The notes under the pieces are model-generated. The model saw only the letters and a program-made list of their open reading frames with translations. It searched no databases and was not told the DNA's origin. Below are positions 1 to 11,154 of a stretch of DNA of 64,000 bases, in pieces. The position numbers were made by a program, and so were the translations under genes. Position 1 is the first letter of the stretch; each line of letters opens with the position of its first letter. Source of the stretch: Pseudomonadota bacterium (GTDB lineage Bacteria; Pseudomonadota; Gammaproteobacteria; Burkholderiales; Rhodocyclaceae); assembly GCA_018261905.1 (NCBI GenBank), contig JAGTRU010000037.1, positions 3,949-67,948 of the forward strand, in the 5' to 3' direction.

Positions 1-1
1 C

Positions 2-979
2 GCCCCCGAAGCGGTCTTCAACAACCTGCGCAATGTCATCGAAATGCTCGACCGGCGGCGCGCCCAGGTCTATATCGAAGCCCTGATCGTCGAACTGAGC
101 GCCGAACGCGCCGCCGAATACGGCGTCCAGTGGCAAAACCTGAGCGGTCTGGGCAACAAGAATCTCTCGGTCTTCGGCGGCACCAATTTCACCAGCACCG
201 GCAACAACATCCTCAGCGCTTCGCAAAGCATTGGCGGAGTCGGTACGGGCTTTAATTTCGGCATCACCAACGGCACTATCAACATCCCGGGCATCGGCTC
301 CATCACCAACCTCGGCCTGCTCGCCCACCTGCTGGAAACCGAGGTCAACGCCAACATCCTGTCGACGCCGAATATCCTGACCCTGGACAACGAGGAAGCG
401 AAAATCGTCATCGGCAAGAATGTCCCCTTCGTCACCGGTTCGTACACGACGACCAGCACCACCTCGACAACCCCCTTCCAGACTTACGAGCGCAAGGACG
501 TCGGCCTCACCCTCAAGGTCAAGCCGCAGATTTCCGCCGGCGGCGGAGTCCGCATCCAGATTTTCCAGGAAGCCTCCTCGGTCGTCGACAGTACCGCCAG
601 CAACATCGCCGGCCCGACCACCAAGAAGCGCTCGATGGAATCCAACGTGCTGGTCGACGACGGCAACGTCATCGTCCTCGGCGGCCTGATCGAGGACAGT
701 TCGAGCGACAACGACGAGCGGGTTCCCGTTCTCGGCAACCTGCCCTATATCGGCAGCCTGTTCCGTTATCGCAACCGCAATTCCAGCAAGACCAACATGA
801 TGGTTTTCCTGCGCCCGCACATCATCCGCGACGGCAACGCCTACCAGGCTTACAGCGACGAACGCTACGACATGCTGCTCGGCGCCCGCCAGGATGTTCC
901 GGCCAACGCCAGCGGCTGGCGGAATGGCGCCGCCCCGCCGCCCCCACCGGAAATTTCCCGGGCCCCGCTCACGCAATGA
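2..979 (+). CDS. gspD: type II secretion system secretin GspD, C-terminal part (5' end outside window)
   Basis: The frame is open from the window edge ([32 protein letters not shown]...). Secretin-domain signatures are present ([27 protein letters not shown]). Its stop overlaps the gspE start (ATGA). Confidence 0.9.
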   Translation, partial: APEAVFNNLRNVIEMLDRRRAQVYIEALIVELSAERAAEYGVQWQNLSGLGNKNLSVFGGTNFTSTGNNILSASQSIGGVGTGFNFGITNGTINIPGIGSITNLGLLAHLLETEVNANILSTPNILTLDNEEAKIVIGKNVPFVTGSYTTTSTTSTTPFQTYERKDVGLTLKVKPQISAGGGVRIQIFQEASSVVDSTASNIAGPTTKKRSMESNVLVDDGNVIVLGGLIEDSSSDNDERVPVLGNLPYIGSLFRYRNRNSSKTNMMVFLRPHIIRDGNAYQAYSDERYDMLLGARQDVPANASGWRNGAAPPPPPEISRAPLTQ

Positions 980-2466
980 ACGGCCCCGCCTTCCGCCTCC
1001 CCTATCCCTTCGCCAAGCGCCATGGCGTGCTGGTCCGCGGCAGCGCCGGCGAGAATGCGCTGGCCGTCGTCGTCCGCCCCGCCACGACGCCCGGCAGCCT
1101 GGCCGAAGTGCGCCGGATCAGCGGCCGCCTGCTGCAGCCGCAACGGGTCGACGACGAAACTTTCGCCGCGCTGCTGGCCGAGACCTACGGCCAGGGCGAG
1201 CAGACCGCCGCGGAAGTCGTCGACGATATCGGCCAGGATCTCGACATCGCCCGCCTGGTCCAGGAACTGCCGCCGGTCGCCGATCTGCTCGACAGCCAGC
1301 ACGACGCGCCGATTATCCGCATGATCAACGCCCTGCTCACCCAGGCCGTGCGCCAGTCGGCCTCGGATATCCACATCGAACCCTACGAGCGGCAATCGGT
1401 CGTCCGTTTCCGCCTCGACGGCATCCTGCGCGATGTGGTCAGCCCGAACCGGGCGCTGCATGCGGCGATGGTCTCGCGTATCAAGATCATGGCCAGCCTC
1501 GATATCGCCGAAAAACGCCTGCCGCAGGACGGCCGCATCGGCGTGCGCATTGCCGGCCGGGCGATCGATGTCCGGGTCTCGACGCTGCCGGCCAGCCACG
1601 GCGAGCGGGTCGTCCTCCGGCTGCTCGACAAGGACCCGGCCAAACTCGACCTGGCCCGCCTGGGCATGGCCGACGACACGCTGGCCCGCATCGACCGCCT
1701 GATCCGCCAGCCGCACGGCATCCTGCTCGTCACCGGGCCGACCGGCTCGGGCAAGACGACGACGCTGTACGCCGCGCTGTCGCGCCTCGACGCCCGCCGC
1801 CTGAATATCATGACGGTCGAGGACCCGGTCGAATACGATCTCGGCGGCATCGGCCAGATCCAGGTCAATCCGCGCATCGACCTGACCTTTGCCAAGGCCT
1901 TGCGCGCCATCCTGCGCCAGGATCCGGACGTCGTCATGATCGGCGAAATCCGCGATCTCGAAACCGCCCAGATCGCCGTCCAGGCCAGCCTGACCGGCCA
2001 CCTGGTGCTGGCCACGCTGCACACCAACGACGCGGCGAGCGCCGTCAGCCGGCTGGCCGACATGGGCGTCGAACCCTTCCTGCTCTCGTCCAGCCTGCTC
2101 GGCGTCCTCGCCCAGCGCCTGCTGCGCCGCCTCTGCCCGGACTGCAAGGAGGCCGTAGCGGCCCGGCCGGAAGATGGCTTGCCGCCGGAAATCACCCGCC
2201 ACTACCGGGCGGTGGGCTGCCCGAGTTGCGCCCAGACCGGCTACCAGGGCCGCGGCGGCGTCTACGAATTGCTCGAAGTCGACGCCACCGTCCGCCAGTT
2301 GATCCACCGCGCCGCGCCGGAAAACGAACTGCGGGCCGCCGCCCGGCCAAGCGATGCGACCAGCGACAAGGGGCTGCGCCTGTTGCGCGAAGATGGCCGG
2401 CGCTGGCTGGCGGCCGGTGAGACCTCGCTGGAAGAGCTGGTCCGCGTGACGCGGGAAGACACATGA
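976..2466 (+). CDS. gspE: type II secretion ATPase GspE
   Basis: 496 aa. Walker [11 protein letters not shown], Asp/His boxes ([20 protein letters not shown]) and C-terminal tetracysteine CPDC...CPSC are typical of GspE/PilB ATPases. Confidence 0.95.
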   Translation: MNGPAFRLPYPFAKRHGVLVRGSAGENALAVVVRPATTPGSLAEVRRISGRLLQPQRVDDETFAALLAETYGQGEQTAAEVVDDIGQDLDIARLVQELPPVADLLDSQHDAPIIRMINALLTQAVRQSASDIHIEPYERQSVVRFRLDGILRDVVSPNRALHAAMVSRIKIMASLDIAEKRLPQDGRIGVRIAGRAIDVRVSTLPASHGERVVLRLLDKDPAKLDLARLGMADDTLARIDRLIRQPHGILLVTGPTGSGKTTTLYAALSRLDARRLNIMTVEDPVEYDLGGIGQIQVNPRIDLTFAKALRAILRQDPDVVMIGEIRDLETAQIAVQASLTGHLVLATLHTNDAASAVSRLADMGVEPFLLSSSLLGVLAQRLLRRLCPDCKEAVAARPEDGLPPEITRHYRAVGCPSCAQTGYQGRGGVYELLEVDATVRQLIHRAAPENELRAAARPSDATSDKGLRLLREDGRRWLAAGETSLEELVRVTREDT

Positions 2467-3689
2467 CGGCCTTTCGCTACCGCGCCGTCAATCTTGCCGG
2501 CGGCGAAATCAGCGGCGTCCTCGAGGCCGACACCCAGCGCTTGGCGCGCAGCCAGTTGCGGGCCCAGGACCTCTTCGCGCTCGAGATCAGCGCCGCCAGC
2601 GGTTCCAGCTCGGTCGACGGGGAGGCCGGAGGACGGCCGATCGGGGCCAGCGACCTGATGGTCCTCACCCGCCAATGGGCAACCCTGCTCGAGGCCGGCA
2701 TTCCGGTCGAACGCTCGTTGACCGCGCTCGCCGAACAATACGGCGAAGCCGGTGGCGCCACGGCGGGACGCCTGCCCTTGCTGCTCGCCGCCATCCGCAG
2801 CGAACTGCTGGCCGGCCACTCGCTGCACGCCAGCCTGGGCCGCTTCCCGCGTATTTTCAACACCCTCTACCGGGCCCTGGTCGCGGCCGGCGAGCAGAGC
2901 GGCCAACTGGCCGGCGTCATGGTCCGCCTGGCCGACAATCTCGAAACGAGCGGCGCCCTGCGCCAGAAAGTCATCCAGGCGCTGATCTACCCGCTGCTCG
3001 TGGTCGGCGTCGCCCTGGCCGTCATCATCGGCCTGATGACCTATGTCGTGCCGCAAGTGGTCGCCGTTTTCCAGCACGGCCAGCAGGCGCTGCCGCTGCT
3101 CACCCGCGGCCTGCTGGCGGTCAGCGACTTTTTGCGCTGGAGCTGGCCGCTGCTCCTTGCCACTCTCGTCATCAGCCTCTGGGCCGCCCGGCGGGCACTA
3201 CGGGTCGAGGCGCTACGCCGCAACTGGCACCGCCGGCTGATCCGGGCACCGGCCCTCGGTCGCCTGCTGGTCAGCCTCGATGCGGCACGCCTGGCGCAGA
3301 CGCTGGCCATCCTGGTCGGCAGCGGCGTACCCTTGCTCACCGCGCTCGAGGCCGGGCGCGCCGTACTCTGGCTGCTGCCGCTGCAGGACGCCGTCGGCGC
3401 CGCCAGCCTGGCCGTTGGCGAAGGCCAGTCGCTGAGCAAAGCGCTCGGCCGGAGCCATCTTTTTCCGCCCTTTCTCATCCACATGATCGCCAGCGGCGAA
3501 AGCAGCGGCCAACTCGACGCCATGCTGGCCAAGGCCGCCCGCCAGCAACAGGATGAAGTGAGCAATCGCCTGGCCATCTTCATGGGCCTGCTCGAACCGC
3601 TGCTCATTCTGGCCATGGGTGTCGTCGTGCTGGTCATCGTCCTGGCCATCCTGCAGCCCATTATCGAAATCAACCAACTCGTCCATTAG
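2463..3689 (+). CDS. gspF: type II secretion inner-membrane platform protein GspF
   Basis: 408-aa polytopic membrane protein with the duplicated GspF-type domain. ATGA overlap with gspE, and correct position in the operon. Confidence 0.95.
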   Translation: MTAFRYRAVNLAGGEISGVLEADTQRLARSQLRAQDLFALEISAASGSSSVDGEAGGRPIGASDLMVLTRQWATLLEAGIPVERSLTALAEQYGEAGGATAGRLPLLLAAIRSELLAGHSLHASLGRFPRIFNTLYRALVAAGEQSGQLAGVMVRLADNLETSGALRQKVIQALIYPLLVVGVALAVIIGLMTYVVPQVVAVFQHGQQALPLLTRGLLAVSDFLRWSWPLLLATLVISLWAARRALRVEALRRNWHRRLIRAPALGRLLVSLDAARLAQTLAILVGSGVPLLTALEAGRAVLWLLPLQDAVGAASLAVGEGQSLSKALGRSHLFPPFLIHMIASGESSGQLDAMLAKAARQQQDEVSNRLAIFMGLLEPLLILAMGVVVLVIVLAILQPIIEINQLVH

Positions 3690-3697
3690 GTCTCCCC

Positions 3698-4138
3698 ATG
3701 TCTGAGCACGCCATTCGCCGCCGCCATCGCGGCTTCACCCTGATCGAAATCATGGTCGTCATCGTCATCCTCGGCGTCCTCGCCGCCCTCGTCGTCCCCA
3801 AGGTCATGAGCCGCCCCGACGAAGCGCGCGGCGTCGCCGCCCGCCAGGACATCGCCAGCCTGATGCAGGCCCTCAAACTCTATCGCCTCGACAACCGGCG
3901 CTACCCGAGCACCGAACAGGGCCTGGCCGCGCTGGTCAGCAAGCCGACGCTGGCGCCGCTAGCGGAAGGCTGGAAGAGCGGCGGCTATGTCGAGCGCCTG
4001 CCACAGGACCCCTGGGGCAAGCCCTATCAATACCTGAGCCCCGGCCTGCGCGGCGAAATCGACGTATTCAGTTTCGGCGCCGACGGCGTCGCCGGCGGGG
4101 AAGGCTCCGATGCCGACATCGGCAACTGGGCGCTCTAG
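3698..4138 (+). CDS. gspG: major pseudopilin GspG
   Basis: 146 aa with a short basic leader followed by GFTLIEIMVVIVILGVLAALVVP, the classic prepilin-peptidase site and N-terminal helix. Confidence 0.95.
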   Translation: MSEHAIRRRHRGFTLIEIMVVIVILGVLAALVVPKVMSRPDEARGVAARQDIASLMQALKLYRLDNRRYPSTEQGLAALVSKPTLAPLAEGWKSGGYVERLPQDPWGKPYQYLSPGLRGEIDVFSFGADGVAGGEGSDADIGNWAL

Positions 4139-4148
4139 GCTCCCGCTC

Positions 4149-4640
4149 ATGCGGCACCGGGCAGCCGGCTTCACGCTGATCGAGATTCTTGTCGTCATGG
4201 TCATCCTCGGCCTGCTCGCCGTCACCGTCAATCTGACCCTGCCCGACCCGAACCGCCAGGCCGGCCAGGAGGCCGTCGTCGCCTGGCGCCGCCAGGCCGA
4301 TCTGGGCGCCCGTCTGGCCGCCGCCCGGGCCACCCCGATCGCCTGGGAAATCCGGGCCGGCCAGGCCCGCCTGCTTGAGCAGCACGAGCAGTTGTGGCTG
4401 GCGCTAGCGCCGGGCGGCAACGACAAGCTCGGGCAAAGCCTGCCGCTGCCCGCCGGCTTCGCCGTCAAGCACCTGGAAATCGAAGGCCAGGCCGGCGATC
4501 TCGCGGCCGGCCAACGCATCGTCTTCTTTCCCGGCCAGGCGCCGCTCTTTCGCCTGGCCCTGGCCGGCGCCGGCCAGCGCTGGCGCATTGAGGGCTTGCC
4601 CAACGGCCGCATCGAGCTCAGCGAGGATCGCCTTGACTAA
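4149..4640 (+). CDS. gspH: minor pseudopilin GspH
   Basis: Leader MRHRAAG/FTLIEILVV. I start it at the Met at 4149; the ORF-track start at 4110 overlaps gspG and would give an abnormally long leader. Confidence 0.8.
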   Translation: MRHRAAGFTLIEILVVMVILGLLAVTVNLTLPDPNRQAGQEAVVAWRRQADLGARLAAARATPIAWEIRAGQARLLEQHEQLWLALAPGGNDKLGQSLPLPAGFAVKHLEIEGQAGDLAAGQRIVFFPGQAPLFRLALAGAGQRWRIEGLPNGRIELSEDRLD

Positions 4641-5010
4641 GTCCCCGGCCCGCGGCTTTACCCTGCTCGAAGTGCTCGTCGCCCTGGCCATCCTGGCCGT
4701 CGGGCTGGCCGCCAGCATCCGGGCCGGCGGCGCTGCCGCCCACCAGTCGGAGGCCCTGCGCCAGCGCCTGCTCGCCGCCTGGACGGCAGAAAACTGCCTG
4801 GCCGACCTGCGCGCCCAGCAGCGTTGGCCGGAACTTGGCCGCCGCGACGGCTACGTCGACCAGGCCGGCAGTCGACTGCATTGGCAGGAAGAGGTCAGCC
4901 ATGCGCCAAACGAACTCTTCCGCCGCGTCGAAATCCGTGTCGAAGCCGCCGACGGCGCCGCCGCGGGCCGACCGCTCGGCCACCTGGTGGCCTACCTCCC
5001 CGCCCCATGA
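4633..5010 (+). CDS. gspI: minor pseudopilin GspI
   Basis: Prepilin motif ARG/FTLLEVLVALAIL. The in-frame TTG at 4633 gives a normal 8-aa leader and overlaps the gspH stop. The ORF-track start at 4588 is the alternative. Confidence 0.75.
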   Translation: MTKSPARGFTLLEVLVALAILAVGLAASIRAGGAAAHQSEALRQRLLAAWTAENCLADLRAQQRWPELGRRDGYVDQAGSRLHWQEEVSHAPNELFRRVEIRVEAADGAAAGRPLGHLVAYLPAP

Positions 5011-5618
5011 TCGCCCGCCAACGCGCTTTCACACTGATCGAAGTCCTGGTCGCCATGACCCTCGTCGCGCTGCTCGGCGTGCTCGGCTATCGCGGCCTGG
5101 AAAGCACGCGACGGACGGCCGACCACCTCGGGCGCAACGCCCGCCAATGGCAGGAGGTCGCGCTGGCCAGCGACCGTTTCGGCCGCGATGTCCGGCAAGC
5201 CATCGACCGTCCCGGCCGGCGCGGCAATGGCGAGCCCAGCCCGGCCTGGTGGGGCCGGCGTGCCCTCGACGAGGCGGCCGATGCCGCCCAGCTGACTTTT
5301 ACCCGCCTGGGCGGTGCCAACGGTGACAGCCAGCGCCTCGCCTACCGCTGGCGGGCGCTGCCCGGCGAGCCGGCCGGACAGTTGGAACTGCTGCTGTGGA
5401 CCTCGCCCGAATCGACCCAGCCGCCGCGCCAGTACGTCTTGTTGCACAACGTGCGGCGGATGGAACTGGCCTACCTCGATGCCGAGCAACAGTGGCAGCC
5501 GGAGTGGAACAGTTTGGTGCCGCCCCGCTCCGGCCGGCCGCGCGCCGTCCGCTTGCGCCTGGAACTGGCGGCAGGCGGCTGGATCGAGCGCCGCTTCGAC
5601 CTGCCGGGAGCCCCCTGA
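5007..5618 (+). CDS. gspJ: minor pseudopilin GspJ
   Basis: MIARQRA/FTLIEVLVAM prepilin motif and ATGA overlap with gspI. The upstream extension in the ORF track (4824) lies inside gspI. Confidence 0.8.
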   Translation: MIARQRAFTLIEVLVAMTLVALLGVLGYRGLESTRRTADHLGRNARQWQEVALASDRFGRDVRQAIDRPGRRGNGEPSPAWWGRRALDEAADAAQLTFTRLGGANGDSQRLAYRWRALPGEPAGQLELLLWTSPESTQPPRQYVLLHNVRRMELAYLDAEQQWQPEWNSLVPPRSGRPRAVRLRLELAAGGWIERRFDLPGAP

Positions 5619-5620
5619 AA

Positions 5621-6571
5621 ATGCCGCGCGCCGAAAACGGCAGAAGCCAGCGGGGCGCCGCCATCATCACCGCCCTCTTGGTCACCGCCCTGGCCGCCGC
5701 GCTGGCCGCCAGCCTGCTGGTCGACATGGACGACTGGCTCGAGCATGTCGCTCTCAGCCGCGACAAGGCGGTCAGCCGCGCCCTGGCCTACAGCGCCATC
5801 GACTACGCCCGGGCCGTGCTGGCCGACGACGCGCGACACAGCGCGGTGGACACGACGGATGAACCATGGAGTCGCGTGTTGCCGCCGATCACCGCCGAAA
5901 ACAGCGAATTGCAGGGCCGCATCTTCGATCTGCAGGGCCACTGGAATCTCAACAACCTGAGCCGCAGCGGCGTCATCGACGAAACGGCGCTGGCCGTTTA
6001 TCGCCAACTCCTGATCATTCTCGGCACCCCGCCCGAGACCGCCGAACAGTTGGCCGAGGCGCTGGCCGACTGGATCGACAGCGACGACAGCCGACGGGCG
6101 GCGGGGGCCGAAAACGCCTATTACCTGGCCCTCGACCCACCTTACCCGACGGCCGGCCACGAACTCGACCAGCTTTCCAACCTGCTGCGCATCAAGGGCT
6201 ACACGCCCGCCCTGGTCGACCGTTTAAGCCCGTACGTCGCGGTTTTGCCCGGCCGCCAGCCGGTCAATGTCAATACCGCCGCCGCCGAAGTCCTGCTCGC
6301 CATCCAGCCCGGCCTCGACCTGGCCAGCGCCCGGCAACTGGTGCTCAGCCGACAGGCCGCTTACTTCCGCGACATCGCCGATTTTCGCAATCGCCTGCCG
6401 ACCAGGAATCTGCCCGAGGGCGCCACCCCGCTCACCGTCAGCAGCAGCTATTTCCTGGCCAGCGCCAGCGCCCGCACCAATCCGCCGAGCGGCGTACAGA
6501 GCCGCCTGCTCGCCCTGCTTCATCGGCCGACCGGCGGCCGCCCTTCCCTGCTCTGGATGTCCGAACAATAA
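5621..6571 (+). CDS. gspK: minor pseudopilin GspK
   Basis: 316 aa. N-terminus MPRAENGRSQRGAAIITALLVTAL has a hydrophobic helix but lacks the conserved Glu5, as in GspK. The position after gspJ fits. Confidence 0.8.
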   Translation: MPRAENGRSQRGAAIITALLVTALAAALAASLLVDMDDWLEHVALSRDKAVSRALAYSAIDYARAVLADDARHSAVDTTDEPWSRVLPPITAENSELQGRIFDLQGHWNLNNLSRSGVIDETALAVYRQLLIILGTPPETAEQLAEALADWIDSDDSRRAAGAENAYYLALDPPYPTAGHELDQLSNLLRIKGYTPALVDRLSPYVAVLPGRQPVNVNTAAAEVLLAIQPGLDLASARQLVLSRQAAYFRDIADFRNRLPTRNLPEGATPLTVSSSYFLASASARTNPPSGVQSRLLALLHRPTGGRPSLLWMSEQ

Positions 6572-6575
6572 GACC

Positions 6576-7835
6576 ATGTCGACACTTCGTCTTTTCATCA
6601 CCCCCGGCTGGCCGCAGGAACAACGGGCCTGCCGTTGGGCCCTCGTTTCGGCGACGGGCGAAATCCTCCAGCATGGGCAGAGCGAGCCGCGCCACTGGCC
6701 GGGTGTCGTCGCCCCCGAAGACCGCCCGGAGAAAGCCGCGCCCGCTGAGCGCCAGGCCTGCGACCTGATTCTCTGCGGCAGCCAGGTCAATGCGCTGGCC
6801 GTCAAATTGCCGCGCGGCGCCGCCGGCCAGCGCCCGGAAGTGATCGCCGCCGCCTGCGAGGATTTGCTCCTCGACGACCCGGCCGACTGCCAGTTTTCCC
6901 CGCCGCCCGACGGTTTCAGCGTTACCGGGCCGGACGGCGACGTCTGCCTGGCCTTCATCAGCCATGCCCGCCTGAGCGCCCTCGCCGCCACCCTTGGCGA
7001 ACTCGGCCTGCAGCCGCGCAGCGCCTGGCCGCTCGGCTTCCTGCTGCCGGAACGGGACGGCCGGCGGCTGGCCTGGGCCGAGGACGGCAACCTGACCCTG
7101 CCCCATCCCGACGGCAGTTTTCTCAACCTCGACCTGACCGGCGAACTGGCGTTGTGGCAGGAGCAACTGGCCAGCGATGGCTTCGCGCTACCGCTGGCGG
7201 TGGTCAATCGGGAAAGCACGGCGGCCGGCCGGCAGTTTCTCGAAGCGGCCATCGCCGCCGGCTACCTGAGCGAAACGGCGGCCGCCCCGCCGAGCGACGC
7301 CCTGCGCCCGCCACCGCCCGGCGGACTGCTCAACGGCCGGCTGGCGCCGCCCCGGGCCAGCCGCAATTGGCTCGAACGATTCCGTCGGCCGCTGCGCCTG
7401 GCAGTCGGGCTGGCGCTGCTGGCCGGCACGCTAGTGTTCCTCGACTGGGGCCGCCTGGCCTGGCAGGCCCAGGCTTACCGCCAGGCGATCGAGGCCGAGT
7501 ACCGCCAAGCTTTCCCCGAGGGGGCGCTGGTCGATCCGCTACTGCAGATGCAGCGGCAACTCGACCGCCTACGCCAGAATTCCGGACAACTGGCCAGCAC
7601 CGACTTGCTGACCCTGCTCGCCCCACTCGGCGAAATCGGCGGCGAACTGGCGAGCGAGCGCCTCGATTACGACGGCAGCCGCCTCAACGTCGTGGCCAGA
7701 CTCGAGGCTGGCGAGCTTGCCGCCCTCACCGAACGGGCCCGCCAACTCGGTCTGCGCCTCGCGGTCAGCCGGCGCGAGGGGCAAGGCAATAGCCTGAGCG
7801 CCAGCTTTTCACTGAGCCCGGACCTCGCCCGATGA
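6576..7835 (+). CDS. gspL: type II secretion protein GspL
   Basis: 419 aa starting MSTLRLFITPGW, with a single central hydrophobic segment (LAVGLALLAGTLVFL). Size and position match GspL. ATGA overlap with the next gene. Confidence 0.75.
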   Translation: MSTLRLFITPGWPQEQRACRWALVSATGEILQHGQSEPRHWPGVVAPEDRPEKAAPAERQACDLILCGSQVNALAVKLPRGAAGQRPEVIAAACEDLLLDDPADCQFSPPPDGFSVTGPDGDVCLAFISHARLSALAATLGELGLQPRSAWPLGFLLPERDGRRLAWAEDGNLTLPHPDGSFLNLDLTGELALWQEQLASDGFALPLAVVNRESTAAGRQFLEAAIAAGYLSETAAAPPSDALRPPPPGGLLNGRLAPPRASRNWLERFRRPLRLAVGLALLAGTLVFLDWGRLAWQAQAYRQAIEAEYRQAFPEGALVDPLLQMQRQLDRLRQNSGQLASTDLLTLLAPLGEIGGELASERLDYDGSRLNVVARLEAGELAALTERARQLGLRLAVSRREGQGNSLSASFSLSPDLAR

Positions 7836-8317
7836 AAAATCTCGTCGCCCCCCTGCGGCGCGCCTGGCAGGCCCGTTCGCCGAGCGAACAAAGCGCCCTC
7901 AAACGCTTGGCCGCAGTGCTCCTGATCGCCCTGGCCGGGCAGTTGCTGTGGAATCTCCAGCAGGCCCGGCAGCACCTGCGCCAGCAATTGCCCCGGCTGG
8001 CCAGCGCGGCCGAAACCATGCACCAGCAATTGCTGGCCTGGCAGACACTGTCGGCCGGCGCAGCGCCGACCCGGCCGCCGCTGCCGCATGACGAAATCAG
8101 TCGGCGCCTGGCGCAAATCGACAGCGCCCTGAAAATCACCTGGCGCGGCGAAGAACAGCTCGAGCTCAGCGGCGAGGTCGCCTTCGATGCCTGGATCAAG
8201 GAAATCGGCGACCTGCAGCGTGATTACCACCTGGTCGTCATCCGCCTGCAGGCACTCCCGGCGGCGACCGGACGGGTCGCCCTGGAAGCCGAACTGGCGC
8301 GGAGCGGCACGCCGTGA
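7832..8317 (+). CDS. gspM: type II secretion protein GspM
   Basis: 161 aa with an N-terminal TM segment (LAAVLLIALAGQLLW). Translationally coupled between gspL and gspN. Confidence 0.7.
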   Translation: MKNLVAPLRRAWQARSPSEQSALKRLAAVLLIALAGQLLWNLQQARQHLRQQLPRLASAAETMHQQLLAWQTLSAGAAPTRPPLPHDEISRRLAQIDSALKITWRGEEQLELSGEVAFDAWIKEIGDLQRDYHLVVIRLQALPAATGRVALEAELARSGTP

Positions 8318-9045
8318 GCGGCCGCCGCTGGAGTTGGCTCTGGCTCGGCGGCCTTCTCGCCATCGCCCTGGCACCGGCCGGCCTGCTCACCGCGACGCTG
8401 GCCGGCCAGTGCGCCGCCCAATGCCGCTTTGCCGAGGTCGAGGGTTACTGGTGGCGCGGCGCAGCCGACATCTACCTGCAAAGCGGGCGCCCCGACCGGG
8501 GCTGGCGCGGCCTCGGCCGCTTGCGCTGGCAAGCGCGATGGTTCGGCCTGCACCTGACGCTGGGCAGCGGCCGCGCCGACCTGGCAGGCGACTGGTCGGG
8601 CCTGCAACTGGCCATCGACCATCTCCGGCTGCCGGCCGGCAGCCTGTTCGCCCATATCGGCCACGGCCTGCCGCAGGATGGCTGGGGGGGCGACCTGACG
8701 GCCGGGGCGACGCGCCTGACGATCCCCTGGAACTTCAGCACGGCCAGCGGCCAGGGCGAAATCGTCTGGCGCCAGGCGCAGACCAGCTTGCTCGAAAACT
8801 TCCCGCTGGGCGAGTTTCGCCTGGCCTGGACCCTGCCCGTCGACGGTCACGGGCAGGGCCGCCTGAAAGGGGATGCGCAGCCGGTCGCGGTGGACGGCGA
8901 GGTGGCCCTCAACCCCTTCCATTTCAACGGCCAGGTCCAGCTCGCGCCGGCCGCCGCCCCCCTGAAAAAATACCTCGACCTGATCGGTCAGCCGGCTGGC
9001 GAAAATGCTTACCGGATTACCCTGCCCAGGCCATCGAGCGGCTGA
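8314..9045 (+). CDS. gspN: type II secretion protein GspN
   Basis: 243 aa with an N-terminal TM segment (WLWLGGLLAIALAPAGLL). It is the last gene of the gsp array and overlaps the gspM stop. The call rests mainly on position and size. Confidence 0.6.
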   Translation: MSGRRWSWLWLGGLLAIALAPAGLLTATLAGQCAAQCRFAEVEGYWWRGAADIYLQSGRPDRGWRGLGRLRWQARWFGLHLTLGSGRADLAGDWSGLQLAIDHLRLPAGSLFAHIGHGLPQDGWGGDLTAGATRLTIPWNFSTASGQGEIVWRQAQTSLLENFPLGEFRLAWTLPVDGHGQGRLKGDAQPVAVDGEVALNPFHFNGQVQLAPAAAPLKKYLDLIGQPAGENAYRITLPRPSSG

Positions 9046-9145
9046 AAGAATGGCCGGCAACCTGTCATACCCCGGCAAAACACGCGTCACAGTCGATTCT
9101 GATAATTGACCGTTTTGATGGCCAAACGGCACGGAGTATCGAATC

Positions 9146-11143
9146 ATGGATCGCAGACAATTTCTCAAGCTCGGCAGTTTCATCGGCGTTTCGACCGCCA
9201 CGTTGGGACTGGCCGGCTGCATCGACAGCAATGACGACGGCAATGCCGGCGCCACCTTTCCGCAGGGCGTCGCTTCCGGCGATCCGAAGCCGGACAGCAT
9301 CATGCTCTGGTGCCGGGCCGTCCCGAAGGACGGCGCCACTACGACCCAACTTCGCCTGCAGCTTTCCGAACAGGAAAATTTCTCCAGCCTGCTGGTCGAT
9401 ACCGAACTGAGCGCCGACCGCCAGTGGGACTACACGCTGCGCCACAAGGTCGATGGACTGCAGGCCGCCACCACCTATTATTACCGCTTCATAGCCGGTC
9501 CCGACCACAGTCCGAGCGGCCGGACCAAGACGGCAGCGGCCGCCGGCAGCGCCCTTGGGCAACTCAAGTTCGCCTTCATCACCTGCCAGGACTGGAGCGT
9601 CAACCACTGGGGCGCAATGGAGGAACTGCTCAACGAAGATCTCGATTTCATCATCCATCTCGGCGACTACATTTATGAAACCGTCGGCGCCACCTTCCAG
9701 AGCTCGGCGGCCGAAAGCCGTCACGCGCAACTGGTCCTGCCCGACGGCATGACGCTGGACGACGGCAGCAAGGCGGCGGCCAGCCTGGCCGATTACCGCT
9801 ATCTCTACCAGACCTACCGCAGCGACAGTCGGCTGCAGGCGCTGCACCAACGCTTCCCGGTGATTGCCATCTGGGACGACCATGAATTTTCCGACGACTG
9901 CTGGCAGAATTTCCAGACCTATGCCTTGAGCGACAACGCCACCCCGGTGACCGCCCGCCGCCGCTTTGCCAACCAGGCCTGGTTCGAATACATGCCGGCC
10001 GACATCACCTTCAGCAGCACGGATAGCTCGTTTACCAACATCAAGATCTATCGCAGTTTCACCTTCGGCAACCTGGCCACCCTGGTGATGACCGACCAAC
10101 GTCTCTACCGCGCCGACCACATCATCCCGGAAAGCGCCGCCGGCAGCGAGATCGGCAGCCGCTATTTCGTTTCCCAGGGCAGCCTGGCCGGCCTCGAAGC
10201 CCAGAAAATCGCCGCCGCCGGCGGCCAGCTCACCCCGGTGTCGATGCTCGGCGATACGCAACGCAGTTGGTGGCAGGAGCAGATGCGCACCGCCAATACC
10301 ACCTGGAAGCTTTGGGGCAACGAAGTTTCCCTGCTGCGCATGCTGATCGACGGCAACCAGGCGGTGGCCGGCCTGCTGGCCGCCTCGCTGGTCAGCGCCA
10401 ACGGCGGCCTGCTGCCGCTGCAGAGTGCGATGACGGCGGCGCTGGTCCTCGACATGAAGGCGGCCAACAAGACGGCCAGCCTTGCCACCTCCAGCTTCAG
10501 CAATCTGGCCGCCCTGCTCGCCAGCCAGGCCGGCATCAGCGCCGCCGTTTTCGCCGCCGGCATCAAACCCGCCCTCGATGCCGCCCTGCCGATTTCGGCG
10601 CTGCTCGACGTCATCATCATCGATGCCGACCAGTGGGACGGCTACAACGCCGAACGCAAGGCGCTGATGAGCTACTTGAGAAGTAACGCCATCAGTAATG
10701 TCGTCGCCCTGACCGGCGACCTGCACGCCTTTTTCGCCGGCCTGGTGATGGACGACTACGATGCGGCCAGCCCGGTGCCGGTGATGGTGGACATCGTCAC
10801 CGCCGGCATTTCCAGCAACTCGCTGTTCAGCTATTACAAGAGCATGGTCGACACCAACGCCGCCTTCGCCAGCGCCAAACCCCTGGTGTACAGCACCGTC
10901 AATGGCGAAGTCGTCAACACCTTCAATACGACGCTGGCTAGCTTCAACGGCAACTGGATCAACCACCTGGACACCGATGCCCAGGGTTATGCCGTGGTCA
11001 CCCTGACCGCCAGCCAGTTCACTTGCGTCCTGCATAAGGTCAAGCCCCTGGGCGGCGCGACGACGGCCCCGGCCCAGCCGGCCACGGCGTCCAGCAAGAC
11101 GATTACCGTCAACGCCGGCAGCCCGAACCTCAGCGTCGCCTGA
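9146..11143 (+). CDS. phoD: PhoD-family alkaline phosphatase/phosphodiesterase, Tat-exported lipoprotein
   Basis: 665 aa. Twin-arginine signal MDRRQFLKLG plus lipobox LAGC. PhoD/metallophosphatase motifs: IHLGDYIYE, IAIWDDHEFSDD, ALTGDLHAF. Confidence 0.8.
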   Translation: MDRRQFLKLGSFIGVSTATLGLAGCIDSNDDGNAGATFPQGVASGDPKPDSIMLWCRAVPKDGATTTQLRLQLSEQENFSSLLVDTELSADRQWDYTLRHKVDGLQAATTYYYRFIAGPDHSPSGRTKTAAAAGSALGQLKFAFITCQDWSVNHWGAMEELLNEDLDFIIHLGDYIYETVGATFQSSAAESRHAQLVLPDGMTLDDGSKAAASLADYRYLYQTYRSDSRLQALHQRFPVIAIWDDHEFSDDCWQNFQTYALSDNATPVTARRRFANQAWFEYMPADITFSSTDSSFTNIKIYRSFTFGNLATLVMTDQRLYRADHIIPESAAGSEIGSRYFVSQGSLAGLEAQKIAAAGGQLTPVSMLGDTQRSWWQEQMRTANTTWKLWGNEVSLLRMLIDGNQAVAGLLAASLVSANGGLLPLQSAMTAALVLDMKAANKTASLATSSFSNLAALLASQAGISAAVFAAGIKPALDAALPISALLDVIIIDADQWDGYNAERKALMSYLRSNAISNVVALTGDLHAFFAGLVMDDYDAASPVPVMVDIVTAGISSNSLFSYYKSMVDTNAAFASAKPLVYSTVNGEVVNTFNTTLASFNGNWINHLDTDAQGYAVVTLTASQFTCVLHKVKPLGGATTAPAQPATASSKTITVNAGSPNLSVA

Positions 11144-11154
11144 AACGGCCCATG

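Noticed and set aside
865-2307. 480-aa ORF antisense to gspE. Similar long shadow ORFs occur at 894-2420, 9065-11035, 15020-16399, 19133-20500, 27584-29881, 32033-34594, 44743-46785, 46903-48132 and 55428-56636.
   Set aside because: All overlap well-supported genes. All have Arg/Ala/Gly/Pro/Asp-dominated low-complexity translations with no motifs. They are the expected stop-poor alternative frames of a high-GC genome.
9060-9095. CTGTCAT (9060-9066) upstream of phoD as a Pho box.
   Set aside because: Only one good heptamer is present. The sequence 11 bp downstream (CGGCAAA) does not resemble a second repeat, so I do not call it a feature.
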